Part shown: positions 48,205 through 61,045 of the stretch, piece after piece
How positions within the stretch are numbered: position 1 is the first letter of the stretch
How the letters are laid out: each line of letters begins with the position of its first letter
NCBI RefSeq assembly: GCF_902713615.1
Contig: NC_052147.1
Span: 26,276,276-26,340,275, forward strand
DNA length: 64,000 bases
DNA from: Scyliorhinus canicula
Lineage: Eukaryota
Direction of reading: 5' to 3'
Program-made: the position numbers and the translations under genes
Notes under the pieces: model-generated
Told to the model about the DNA's origin: nothing
Database searches by the model: none
Seen by the model: only the letters and a program-made list of their open reading frames with translations

Positions 48205-51200
48205 TAGACCATAAGACATAGGTGCAGAATTAGGCCACTCGGCCCATCGAGTCTGCTCTGCCATTCAATCATGGCTGATATTTTCTCATCCCCATTCTCC
48301 TGCCTTCTTCCCATAACCCCGATCCCCTTATTAATCAAGAACCTATCTATCTCTGTCTTAAAGGCACTCAGGGATTTGGCCTCCACAGCCTTCTGCGATA
48401 AAGAGTTCCACAGATTCACCACCCTCTGGCTGAAGAAATTCCTCCTAATCTCAGTTTTAAAGGGTTGTCCCTTTAGTCTGAGATGGTGTCCTCTGGTTCT
48501 AGATTTTCCTACAAGTGGAAACATCCTCTCCACGTCCACTCTAGCTAGGCCTCGCAGTATCCTATAAGTTTAAATAAGTTCCTCCCTCATCCTTCTAAAC
48601 TCCAACGAGTACAGACCCAGAGTTCTCAAACGTTCCTCATTTGACAAGTTCTTCATTCCAGGCATCACTCTTGTGAACCTCCTCTGAACTCTTTCCAAGG
48701 CCAGCACGTCCTTAGATAGATAGAGAAATACAGCACAGAACAGGCCCTTCGGCCCACGATGTTGCGCCGAACTTTTGTCCTAGGTTAATCATAGAATTTT
48801 GGACAATTTGTCATGGCCAATCCACCCAACCTGCACATCTTTGGACTGTGGGAGGAAACCGGAGTACCCGGAGGAAACCCACGCAGTCACGGGGAGGATG
48901 TGCAGACTCCACACAGACAGTGACCCAAGTCGAAATCGAACTTGGGACCCTGGAGCTGTGAAGCAATTGTGCTATCCACAATGCTACCGTGCTGCCCTTC
49001 CTTAGAAAAGGGGCCCAAAACTGCTCACAATATTCCAAATGGAGTCTGACCAGAGCCTTATACAGCCTCAGAAGAAGTACATCCCTGGTCTTGTATTGTA
49101 GCCCTCTTGACATGAATGCTAACTCTGCATTTGCCGCCTTAACTGCCGACTGAACCTGTACATTAACCTTAAGAGAATCGTGAACAAGGACTCCCAAGTC
49201 GCTTTGTTCTTCTGATTTCCTAAGCATTTCCCCATTTAGAAAATAGTCTATGCCTAAATTCCTCCTTTCAAAGTGCATAACCTCACACTTTTCCACATTG
49301 TATTTCATTTGCCGCCTCATTGCCCACTCTCCGAGCTTGTCCAAGTCCTTCTGCGGCTCTCTTGCTTCCTCAATACTACCTGTCCCTTTACAGATCTTTG
49401 TATCATCTGCAAACCTAGCAACAGTGCCTTCAGTTCCTTCTTCTAGATCATTTATGTATATTGTGAAAAGTTGTGGTCCCAGCACAGACCCCTGAGGCAC
49501 ACCACTAGTCACCGGCTGCCATCCTGAAAAAGACCCCTTTATCCCCACTCTCTGCCTTCTGCCAGTCAGCCAATCCTCTATCCATGCCAGTATCTTACCC
49601 TTAACACCATGGGCTTTTAACTTATTTAACAGTCTCCTATACGGTACCTTGTCAAAGGCCTTCTGGAAATTTAAATAAATCATGTCCATTGGTTCTCCTT
49701 TGTCGAACTTCCCTGTTACCTCCTCAAAGAACATTTGTCAGACAGGACCTCCCTTTGACAAAGCCGTGCTGACTCAGTCCTATTTTACCATGCACTTCCA
49801 AGTACTTTGCGATCTCATCTTTAACAATAAAATCTTACCAATGACCGAAGTCAGACTAACCGGCCTATAATTTCCTGTCTTCTGCCTCCCTCCCTTCTTA
49901 AACAGCGGTGTTACATTAGCCACTTTCCAGTCCTCTGGGGCCCTTCCTGCCTCCAGTGTTTCCTGAAAGATCATCACCAATGCCTCCACAATTTCCTCAG
50001 CTATCTCTTTTAGGACCCTGGGGTGTAGTTCATCCAGTCCCCAGGTGACTTATCCACCTTCAGATCTTTCAGTTTCCCCAGAACCTTCTTTGTAATGGTC
50101 ACTGCACTCACCTCTGCCCCCTGGTTCTCCTGGAGATCTGGCATCCCACTGGTGTCTTCCATTGTGAAGACTGATACAAAGTAACTATTCAATTTGTCTG
50201 CCATTTCTTTGTTTCCTATTATTACTTCTCCAGCCACATTTTCCAGTGGTCCAGTATCTACTTTTGCCTCTCTCTTACCTTTTATATATTGAAAAAAACT
50301 CTTCCTATCTTCCTTTATATTACTGCTAGCTTGCACTCATACTTCATCTTCTCCCCCCTTATTGCTTTTTTTTAGTTGTCCTCTGCTCACTTTTAAAGGC
50401 TTCACAATCCTCTAGCTTGCCACTAATCGTCACCACTTTGCATGTCTTTTCTTTAGCTTTTATGCTGTCCTTGACATCCCTCGTCAACCATGGATACCTT
50501 GCCTTCCCCTCAGCATGTTTCCTCCTTCTTGGGATGAATGTCTGTTGTGCCTCCCTAATAACCCCCCAAAACCCCTGCCATTGCTGTTCCACTGTCTTCC
50601 CTGCTCCTTTTCCAATCAATTCTGGCCAGCTCCTCTCCCATGTCTTCGTAGTTACCCTTATTTAATTGTAATACCGCTACATCTGATTGCAGCTTCTCCC
50701 TCTCAAACTACAGGGTAAATTATATCATATTGTGGTCACTGCTCCCCAAGAATTCCTTCACCTTAAGTTCCCTAATCAAGTCTGCCTCATTACACATCAC
50801 CAAATCAAGAATTGCCTGTTCCCTAGCAGGCTCTGTCACAAGCTGCTTGAAAAAACCATCTCTTAGACATTCCACAAATTCCTTTTCTTGGGACCCACTA
50901 CCAACCTGATTTTCCCAGGCCACCTGCATATTGAAGTCCCCCATGGTGATTGTAATATTGCCTTTTTACATGCCTTTTCTATGTCCTGATTTATTTTCTG
51001 CCCCACATCCTGACTACTGCTAGGGGGCCTGTACATAACTCCCATCAGGGAGTTTTTACCTTTGAGAGTCCTCAACTCTACCCACAGAGATTCTATGCCT
51101 TTTGCTCCTGTAACGTTCCTTGCTATCGATTTAACTTCATTCCTTACGAATAAAGCAACCCCGCCCCCTTTGCCCATCTGCATGTCCTTTCGATAGGACA

Positions 51201-51450
51201 TATATCCTTGGATATTTAGATCCCAGCCCTGATCCCCTTGCAGCCACGCATCTGTGATGCCCACAACATCGTACCGGCTAATTTCAATGTGCGCAACAAG
51301 TTCATTTACCTTGTTCCGTCCACTGCGCGCATTTAGGTACAACACCCTCAATCCTGCATTGACCACCTCCCTTTTCACACTGTCACTGTACCCTGTACAG
51401 TGGCCCTTTTTGATTTTTGACTACAGCTTCTCTGCCTTACACTTTCCCTT
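48205..51450 (-). mobile_element. CR1-clade LINE with near-complete, frameshifted ORF2 (APE plus RT); nested HE1-like SINE at 48717-48997
   Basis: LRVLYLNARS, MGDFN, SSDHN, WKVANVTPLFKKG, NYRPVSLTS, FQKAFDKV, GVPQGSVLGP, FADDTK. SINE TSD tccttaga at 48709-48716 and 48999-49006. Confidence 0.95.
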
Positions 51451-51556
51451 TGTTTCTGACCCTGCTGTACTTCCCTCCGACTTCCGGCCCAGATTAAAAC
51501 CTATCTCAAACGTTCTTGAAATTGTTACCGCACTCATTGTGAATATGATTAAATTG

Positions 51557-52620
51557 GTGGCGTGGTGGCACAGTGGTTAACACTGCTGCCTCACAGCGCC
51601 GGGGACTCAGGTTCAATTCCAGCCTTGGGTGATTGGCTGTGTGGCGTTTACACGTTCTCCCCGTGTCTACATGGGTTACCCCCGGGTACTGTGGGCGGCA
51701 TTCTCTCCTACCCGGAGGGATGGGGGTCCCGGCGGCACGGAGTGGCATGAACCACTCCAGCGTCGGGCTGTCCCAAAGGTATAGAACCGTCCGCAACTTC
51801 AGGGGCTAGGCCCGCCCCGGAGTGATTTGCACCCCACCGGCCGTCGGGAAAGGGGCTTGGTGCCACGCTAACCGGCGCCAAAGGGCCTCCGCCGGCCGGC
51901 GCAAGTTGGCGGAGGCGTGGGGGCGCCAGCGCGTGCTGGCGTCATCCCCGCACATGCGCAGAGGGCTTCGCTTCCGCACCAGGAATGTCGGACCGGTACA
52001 GCCTCCGGTGCAGAAGGATAGAGTGCCCCCACAGCACAGGCCCACCGCAGATCGGTGGGCCCCGATCGCGGGCCAGGCCACCGTGGGGGCACTCCCGGGG
52101 CCAGATCCCCCCGCGCCCCCCAGGAACTCCGGAGGCCGCCCGCGCCGCCAGCTCCCGCCGGTAAGGAACCTACTCCAATTTACACCAGTGGGACTTCGGC
52201 CCATCGCGGGCCTGAGAATTCGGGGAGCCCCAGGGCCCATTGAGTCACGCTGGTCCCCGCCATTCTCCGAGGCGGGCGGCGCGACTCACGCCGGGCCGAT
52301 TTTTGGGGGGCGGGAGAATTTGGAGGATGCCGGGGACGGGATTCATGCCAACCCCCGGCGATTCTCCGACCAGGCGGGGGGGGGGGGGGGGGGGGGGTCG
52401 GGGAATCCCACTCTCTGATTTCCTCACACAGTCCAAATATGTGCAGGTTAGGTGGATTGGCCATGCTAAATTTCCCCTTAGTATCCAAAGATGTGCAGGT
52501 TAGATGGGGTTACGGGGATGGGCAGGGGATTGGGCCTCGGTAGGATGCTCTTTTGGAGGGTTGGTGCAGACTTGATGGGCTGAATGGTTTACTTCTTTAC
52601 TGTAGTGGTAGTGATTCTAC
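51557..52620 (+). mobile_element. HE1-like V-SINE split by a GC-rich MITE (51692-52413)
   Basis: V-domain halves flank TIRs gggcggcattctc / gggaatcccactc. Confidence 0.85.
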
Positions 52621-52635
52621 CATGGAATATCCAGC

Positions 52636-53070
52636 ATGTGGTGGGAAAAAGGAAAACTCAGAAACAATCAGTCATGAATAAGAGCAAATTCGTTTATTTC
52701 TTAACTCTGCAGAGGACACGTTCCTCTAACCACAGGAGAGAGAGGAAAGCGCGCCGAGCGCCGCAACCTTCAGTCTTTATACACTCAAAAGATAAGCAGG
52801 TTAAACACAGGCATTCATGTAGACAATGGCTGGCTTTCTCTTCTTACTAGTATTTCTCCATTCCATATAAGGAGTTGTTTTCCTGCTGGCTTTACTATCT
52901 CGTCCTTCATACAGCTGGCATATCAGTTTCTCTCTCTCTCTCTCTCTAACCTTGCACACACACACACACACAAATGCCTGCAGCTTTAGTTAATCACACT
53001 ATTAAGCAGTTATTCAATATTAAGTATTAAAATTGTCCATTACAAGCATCAATTTAAATTCCTTCCATTA
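52636..53070. repeat. Possible solo LTR with (CT)n/(CA)n microsatellites
   Basis: tgtggtgggaa...ttccttcca ends; TTTATT and TTTATA motifs in LTR-like order on the minus strand. Confidence 0.35.
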
Positions 53071-54129
53071 TATTTTGTTTATCAGCAACAGGGCAATGAG
53101 GGCAGCAACTTTCAACTCATGATAGTTACTTACCTGTCACATCAAAAATCCAACAAAGATCAATGTGGGTATTTGTAATCCCACAGGTGGTTTCATCCTT
53201 ATTCACGGAGTTACTGAAAACACTTCGATCAGTAACCGTATGCTACTTAAGTACTTTTTATTTAAATTTAAATTAAAATTGAGTTCTTGCCAGGGTAAAA
53301 TGCAGCTTCTGTTGAGAAAATCAATGCCGCTGACTCTAGCAATAACAGAAGGTAGTTTTTCTTTTGGTTTGTTTAGGAAGTGGGATACGCAGCGATCAAA
53401 AGCATAATTTGTAAATTTGCGGATCACACCAATCGGCTAGATGACAGTCAAAGCTGAGGAGGATGGCAAATAATTACAAGAAGAGATTAACAAACTTGCA
53501 GAACAGGAATATAATTGACAAATAGATTTCAATAGAGATAAATCTGAATATTATATTTTGGTTAAAAATAAAGGAGCAACGGGATCTGGGAATACGAATA
53601 CACAAATCGCGAAAAGTAGTGATACAGGTTGACACGGCCAAGGAAAAGCAAGCCTTATACAATGGTTTCTTCTAAAGGAATACAATTGAAAAATAAAGAA
53701 AGTAAACTTGGTCGAACTTTGGTTACACTTTCATTACTGCTCATAACCCTGGTTGCCGAATGATAAAAAAAAAGGCGCAGGGTGGTATTTTCCGATCCCG
53801 CCCACCATGGGAATCGTCACGGTCAGGAAATAAACTTTTCCGGACTGTCAAAACAAGGCCGTTGGCTTCGGATGGGTATTTCCACGTACTGCAGCAAGCA
53901 GGACCAGAAAATCCCACCAATAGAAGCGGTGGCAAGGGAACAAAAACGATTTGCACAGAAAACCCACAAATGAGTAGGATCTCTTGCCTCAAAAAGGGAA
54001 GGCTGGGAGGTGGTCTAATAATGGTCTTTAAAAAGATGAAAGCTGTTGATAAAGTAGACACAGAGAAAATATTGGCCCATAATGTTTGAGCTTTGGGATG
54101 CCTAACTGAGTGTATTCAAAGATGGACTA

Positions 54130-55650
54130 GAGAACCCCCCCTGGGGAACCCCCCCCCCCCCCTGCATACACACACACCCCTCCCCAGAAATCCCCAAAGA
54201 TGGATTGCACAGCAATTGCCTGGGAAGTAATTCAAATTTCCGTTGGGTAACCAGCCTGCACTGGGGCCCACCCAAGAGTATGATTGAAATCGCAAAATTT
54301 GGATGGTTCTGACTGACTGACCAGAATCTACCCAGGAGAAGTAAGGGGAAAGAAACCACTTCCAACTCCTGCATAAGTAACCCCCTAAACCCCCACAGAA
54401 CTCCTGCCACTCTCAAGGCTCCACAAACAATCTCCGTTGCCCATCAACCGCCCCCAACAACCACGGGGCTTCTCACACTTCTCAACCCTCCAAAGGACCC
54501 CTCCGACTGTTAACCACCCCCTCACTATTCCCTCGGCCCTGACTACTTCCCAGTCCTCTCCCAACTGACCACCTATCCCCACCATTTCCCCCTTCTCCCG
54601 ACTGACCACCTCTCCTCCACTCGCTAGGGGTTGGGTCAGGATTTGGGGGGAAAAGGGTGAGGTCGGGCCTTATAGGGGAGGTTTGGGTCGACCTTTGGGA
54701 CAGGCATAAAACCTCAGGTTGAGTCGGGCCTGGTAGTCAGATGTCAGGTCATGCTTTTGAGAGGGCTGGGGGAGGGGGGGGGGCAGTGTGTGGGGGAGGG
54801 GAGTTAGTGTAAGAGTCGGGGATGGTGGGAGGTGGGGAGTGAAAGTTGGGCCTGGTGAGGTGGGTGAAAGACTCTCAATGGAAGTGTGGGGAATCCCGTG
54901 AGTTGGGGTTCCATTTGATGTAGTTCCTCAGTGGATGAGGGAAGTTCAGTGGCAATGGCTGATGGGGGTGTGGGGGGTGAGCTGGGAAAATCCCTGGCTT
55001 TGGGGGATGGGGGTAGTCCTGGATGGTGATGGGTTTATGGGTGGCATGGCAGCACTGTGGTTAGCACCAGGGACCCGGGTTCGATTCCCAGCTTGGGTCA
55101 CTGGGAAGTCCCGAAAGACGTCCTTGTTAGGTAAATTGGACAGTCTGAATTCTCCCTCAGTGTACCCAAACAGGCGCGGGAATGCAGTGACTGGGGTATT
55201 TTCACAGTAACCACTGAAGTGTTAATGGAAGCCTACTTGTGACACCAATAAAGATTATATTATTATAATGGGTTGGGGGGGGGGGGGGGGGGGGGGAGCC
55301 CCTGTGGGTCTCATGCTGTTGGAAAAGCCCTATTTGTGGGTGGATGTGGTGGTGGAATGGTAGGTGTGGGTCTACTCAATAGATAGCCAGAAGTTAGAAG
55401 AGATTTTAATTCTTCTAACATTTTCTGGGTAGCTATTCATGTAACACAGTCAGAATCATCCATTATTTGTGATTGAAATATCATTTTCAATGGTTCCCAG
55501 TGCACGGCAACTTGCTCAGGGCAAATTTGCGCTTCAGGACAATTTCCATGGAAACCTTTCTTGGGTGCATCCAGCGGAGTGAGGGGGTTGGGGTTCCCCA
55601 TCGCACCTTTGAGGTACCCCCCATATGAAGCCCTGGAGCTCAGAAGTTAT
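54130..55650. repeat. Degenerate long inverted-repeat (foldback) element with nested type B SINE remnant (55040-55268)
   Basis: Three inverted matches symmetric about position 54880. Confidence 0.7.
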
Positions 55651-55651
55651 C

Positions 55652-55958
55652 TTATGGAATCCCTACAGTGGAGAAGTAGGTCATTTGGCCCACCAAATCT
55701 GGACTGACCCTCTGAAAGAGCACCCTAACTCTGCCCACTTCCCTGCCCCATCCCCTAACCCCACCCAACCTTTGGACACTAAGGGGCAATTTAGCATGGC
55801 CAATCCACCTAACCTGCACATCTTTGGACTGTGGGAGGAAACCAGTGCACGAAGAAACAGGGAGAACTTATAAACGTTCCGAGCCACAGGTCGGAATCGA
55901 ACCCGGGTCCCTGGCGCTGTGACGCAGCAGTGCTAATCACTGAGCCGCCGTGCCGCCC
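55652..55958 (-). mobile_element. HE1-like V-SINE type A
   Basis: Head, V-domain remnant, CR1-type tail. Confidence 0.85.
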
Positions 55959-56299
55959 ACGGTCTCTGGACTCTCCTTGCACAAAGCAGTTGGATGCACC
56001 ATGACGTTAATCGAAAAATTAAAACAGATCCTTTCCTTTGCATTTTTAGTCGTGTAACGTTTAATTGGTTCCAGAAAGTGAAATCAGACCAATGACAAGT
56101 TGATCTATATTGTTGGGTGTTAGCGATCTCTGTAACAAAACCCCTTAAAGATCTAATTATTGCTTATAATGAAGAGCGAATATAGAAACATTGGAAGAAG
56201 GCCTTTCCTGTGAAATTCCCGATGCAGAAGTTGTTTACAAATGCACTCACAGGTTTGTCAGCTAATAATACAAAAGTGTGATTTCTTCCACTTGTAATA

Positions 56300-56632
56300 A
56301 TGCTCAGAGGACATGGGTCCAAATCCCACCTGTTGGAACTTTAATTAAGTTAATAAATCTAGAATATAGCTTGTCTGTGCAATGGTGACCATGAAAAATA
56401 ATCGATTCCTGTAAAAATCCAACTGGTTCATTAATCTCCTTCGGGGAAAAAAATCACTGTCCTTACCTGGTCTGGCCTACACGTGATTCCAGTCCCACCG
56501 AAATACGATTGACTCTGAACTGGCCTCTGAAATGGCTGGGCAAGCCATTCGGTTTGAGGAAAAATACAGATGGGAAACAGATGTTGGCCTTCTCAGCAAT
56601 GTCCTCATTCCATGAAAGAATAAAGAAAATAA
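56300..56632 (+). mobile_element. tRNA-SINE type E
   Basis: gggtccaaatcccacc head remnant; gtccttacctggtctggcctacacgtga core; ccatgaaagaataaa tail. Confidence 0.75.
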
Positions 56633-56978
56633 AAGATGGGTAAGAATTACCCCAAGAGCACATGCGGAAAATTGTGAACATCACAGGCAATCAAGGAGGT
56701 TTGCGGTTGCTCAAGGCATAAACTGGAGGCTTCCAATAGTTATCAAAGGAGTTTATTGATGAAAGGCAAAGACAGTTAGATAACAGGCACAGAACACTAC
56801 ACAACAACTCATTATCTTCCGGTCCCAGATCCACACTGCTCCCAGTTTCCACGCAAACTTCCCATTGGCCTGTGGTTTGCATGCTCCTGAGCAATTGGTC
56901 TCGAGTCAGTCACGTGTTCCGTGGAGCCCATCCCCTTAAAGGGGCCATGCTACCACATCTATCCCCCCTTAACACAGT

Positions 56979-57738
56979 GGGCTGGATTCTCCGTTCCTGA
57001 GTCGAAGTGCTGACGCCAATGGAGGATCCGTGGAGTTCCACGTCGGAAAAATCGGCACAGTACCCGCAGCGATTCCGCTACCGGTGAGGGGCTAGCAGTG
57101 GTGCTGCCTGGAACACCCACAGAACACGGAAAAAATGGTGGAGGAATCGCCGGGTCTGTGATGGACACGCGCAGGGCTGACAAGCTGCAGCCGTGCGTAC
57201 ACTATATACCATACACCCCACCCACACACACACACACACAGATCACACCCGACAAGATGGCACTGGTTGTGTTGGACCGCGTACCCATCCACCCCAACCC
57301 CATAGCCCACCTCCTGGTCACCCCCAACTACTCCCCCCAGTCCTGGCAGAAGCACCCCGGCCAGTGGCACGACTGTTGGCAGAGTATGGTGATGCTGGAC
57401 ACTGTCCGTACACCCTCTCTCCACAGCCACCAAGCCGACTTGTGACAATAAGCGAGTATTATTATGCCAGGATTATGGACCGCACCGTCAGGAACATGTG
57501 GACCGCACCGTCGGGTACCCGGCCCAGCGGAGGCGGAGCATCGCAGGTGGGCCCGGTAATGAGATGCGAATGAGGTTGCGACTGCCCGCATCGTGCGTCG
57601 CAATGATACCGATTTGGAGGGGGCGGAGCATTGCGATCTGGCATCAAACCTGTACTTGCTGCGATTTCGGTGTCGTGAGCTATTCTCCGCCCGATCATTG
57701 TTCCCGATTTTGGCGTCGGGCAACGGTGAATCCCGCCC
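56979..57738. mobile_element. GC-rich MITE with 3-bp TSD agt
   Basis: agt|gggctggattctcc ... gaatcccgccc|agt. Confidence 0.85.
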
Positions 57739-58624
57739 AGTGCTTTTCAAACTTATTTTCCTGGGACCACTATTAGCAACTTGCCGGCCTTTGGGACCCA
57801 GGCCAACCGATCTTCGCGACCCACACCGACCAACTTTCGTGACGTACCATTTTCACTTACATTTAATGTGACAGGTGAGCCTGTTTAACTCTCACAATCT
57901 CACTTGCTTTAACATTCAATGTTACTGTTCTGCTAAGGATTTCAGCTGATGATTTAACCTGATGGTTTCAGCTGCAACCTTTGAAACAAATCAAGAGGTT
58001 TGTCCTCAAACCCATCATGATGTTTTCAAATGCCTTTGAAGTCTTAAACTCTCATTTGCCGGTACTTCCCTGCATATAACACACATGAGATTTGCATCCT
58101 GAGCTGCATTAGCACAATTAACAAAGCCATACCACAAGAAATAATTTTTATACTGCTTTGTTCTGTTTTGTCTTTATTGATTGTTCACCAGAGGCCCTGG
58201 AGCTCTATACAGAGCTAACTCCAACACTGCTTTGACCTGCCATGGGCTCTCCTGTGCAGCTCTCTCCAGCAGATTCAGTTGTGAGATTCCCAGCCTGTTT
58301 GTCGCCCCCATTCCTTCCTGCTCCATGGGTTCTGGTCCTGATCCAAGGATTGTGCCATGGATCTCATGGCCATACCGCCCTATACGTGGTTAGCTGCCCC
58401 TTCAGCCACACTTTGAAGCTCAGCAGAGCCTTATTCGACAAACTCCATCGCATGAGCTGTCGGGATTGCCATTACTAATGTAATTGTGGTCTTTGAGAGA
58501 AGCTTCTTCTCAATATTAAGGTTATGAATTCCACAAACCAGCCGATCACGCAACATGTCGCGAAGTGGGACCCAGTCTCACAGTGCTCAGCAAGGTGGCA
58601 AAGCCTGGCTATGAAGGCTGAGAC

Positions 58625-58823
58625 TACGGTACTGAGGATTTGGGTTCGAATCCCAGTCCTAGGTCACTGTACATGTGGAGTTTGCACACTCCCCCCGTGT
58701 CTGCATGGGTTTCACCCCCACAACCCAAAAGATGTAGGTGGATTGGCCATGCTGAATTGCCCCTTAATTGTAAGACAAAAGTAATTGGGTACTCTCAATT
58801 TATTTTTAAATATTTATTTAAAT
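58625..58823 (+). mobile_element. V-SINE type C, 5'-truncated
   Basis: 11-bp TSD aaggctgagac at 58614-58624 and 58824-58834. Confidence 0.88.
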
Positions 58824-59140
58824 AAGGCTGAGACAGACTCTTCATGGTCCTTCATTGCAGAGTTGAACTTATAACGTTGGAGAATAATCAAGGGCCTTGG
58901 GTTGTAATGTTCTGTAACTAACTTCATTATCTGATCAAAGGCCTTTGAGTCAGGTGCCGCCATGGATGTGAGATTCCGAATTAAATTATACATTTTGGGC
59001 CTGCAAACTGTCATGTTTTCTCCTTGTCCTCATCTGCGATCTTGTTTGTGATAAAGAAGAAGCGGAGTCATTCAATATACCTGCATGACTCAATCTTTGA
59101 TCAAATGGTTCTAGTTTTCCATTTCCACTCACAGTTTAAA
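58814..59140 (-). pseudogene. Gypsy gag N-terminal remnant
   Basis: GKLEPFD...YNLIRNLT..APDSK.FD...LV.EHYNP.P..ILQRYKFN. Confidence 0.78.
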
Positions 59141-59954
59141 TGATTCTGACTCTTGCTGGAGCTTCTCTACTTTCTCAACTGTTCCTCACTCCGCGCCCCC
59201 CCCCCCCCCCCCCCCCCCCCGCCTCAATTAACAACGACTGTCGGCTGCGATTGAAAACATTTACCTCATAGCCAATGAGGTGGCTTGAGTCATATACTGG
59301 CGGCTTCCAGTGGTAAACAAAAAGGGTGTATTGATGAAAGACAAAGATAATAGGCACAGAACAGGAGCGGGATTTTCCGACCCGCCGCACCCATTTTCTG
59401 GTACGGCGGCCCCGCCGGCAGAGGCATTCTCCGTCCCAGCAGCCGGCCAATGGGACTTCCCATTGTGGGTACCCCCATCCCATTGGGAAATCCGCGAGGG
59501 TCAGTGCGCTGCCGACGAAATGGAGGATCCCGCCGATTGTGAATCCAGCTCCAGGTCTTTACAGTTCGGTTCCCTGGCCAACACTGCCCTGGTTCCTGTT
59601 CGCAGGGCCAGATGCAAACACCCCATTGGCCAGGGTTTGCATGCTCCTATGTGATTGGCCCTAAGTCTGTCACATGGTCCATGGAGTCCATCACCATAAA
59701 GGGGCCATGCTACCACAGGTTCATTGAACAGTCCACTTCTATCATCTTAAATTTATATGAGCATAATGTGGCAAATTAGTGGAAGAACAGTGTCCTCTGA
59801 TTGTGCCGGCAGTTCAGATAGGCATGCCATCAAATCGAATGGGCCGCCAGTCCTGGTGGCACCTTATTAATTAGCCACCACCATCTCCCCACAGGACCTT
59901 TGCACCTACATTTGGTTCCAACATCGGAAGCCAAGGTGCACTGGTAAAATTCCA

Positions 59955-60056
59955 ACCCTTAACTCTGTACCTCTTTCTATGGAAGCTGCCTAACTCGCTG
60001 GGTATTTCCAGCATTTTCTGTTTTCTTTTAGATTTCCAGATTCTGCAGTGTTTTGG
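59955..60056 (+). repeat. Penelope-like 3' terminus remnant (second family)
   Basis: gctgcc...gctg...tttccagcattttctgtttt...agatttccag pattern, recalled from shark Penelope-like tails. Confidence 0.45.
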
Positions 60057-61045
60057 CTCGATGTGGTGGTCTTGTCAAGGTTCTATAACATAACTTCACT
60101 GCCGGCGGGAATTTTCCGGCCCCTCCCATCGTCGAGATTCTCCAGTCCCACCAAAGTCAATGAACCGTTGAACGCCCTGCTGCATTTTACAGCGCCAGCC
60201 CCGCCCGGACAGGCCCGTAATATCCCACCCTCTGGTTTTAAATCCTGTCCCTCACGAGATGAAGCCAAGTGCTCTTACTAACGGCCTTACTAACTTGCGT
60301 CTTTGCTTTGAACCCGTGGCTTCACAGAGGAAGGCTTCGCATGTCTGTTAGCTGAGGGGATGGGGGAAGCGGCATGCCTAGCTAGCTAGACACCTCAACA
60401 CAGGAGACCACGTGGAGAGAGAGCACCGCTCATCCTAAATTGTGTTGTGTCTGCCACAAGAATTAATCAATCCACCTTGCCTTCTTGCTCGGCAGACTTC
60501 TGAGAGGGATTTTGTTGACATGAGAAAGGCTCGCTGCCACTTTGTAGATGAAAGGAAAGATGTCAGAGAATCAGCCAAACACCTCAAGCCTGATTGAAGT
60601 AAAACTGGAGAAATGTCTTGATATTACAAGATAGGGTATTAGTAATGTCAAGGTAGCACATTTGGATAAATATTCCTTGCTCTCTCTTTTGAAGTATGTT
60701 AGCACATTTACTTCATAGGCGGATCTATCTTAAATGTTTGCTTAATGGAGATAATTTGGCGAGCGCACTCTGGTGACTGGTGAGTTCGCCTGCTAGTAGC
60801 TTAAATCAGAACACTGCAAGTGGTACAGGGGGGCAGGAAAATCATCGGAGTGTACTCAGGAAATTGGAACCATGATAAGTTACACCATTTTTAAATGAGA
60901 AGTCCACATTTGGGCATTGTAACCATACAAATCCTTAAGATGCTCATTGGTCATGATGCATTTTGGGACTTCCTAAGAATATGAAAGGCACAATATAAAT
61001 GTATTTTTTTCTCAGCTCAAACATCCTTGATTTGTGGTATGGACA

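Larger units (their letters stand above)
56702..59717 (-). mobile_element. Old Gypsy LTR element, heavily deleted, with nested MITEs and SINE
   Basis: LTRs 56702-56957 and 59276-59717 both end ggggccatgctaccaca; 4-bp TSD ggtt (56698-56701, 59718-59721); PBS-like TGGCTATGAGG (59264-59274); PPT next to 56958; gag remnant 58814-59140. Confidence 0.88.

Noticed and set aside
48811-49734. 307-aa ORF that looks like RT with a novel C-terminus
   Set aside because: It is CR1 RT reading into a nested HE1-like SINE (TSD tccttaga), so the fusion is an insertion artefact.
51806-52503. Many overlapping Pro/Gly/Arg-rich ORFs (also 29814-30544, 42440-43019, 57092-57871)
   Set aside because: They are by-products of GC-rich MITEs and contain no domain motifs.
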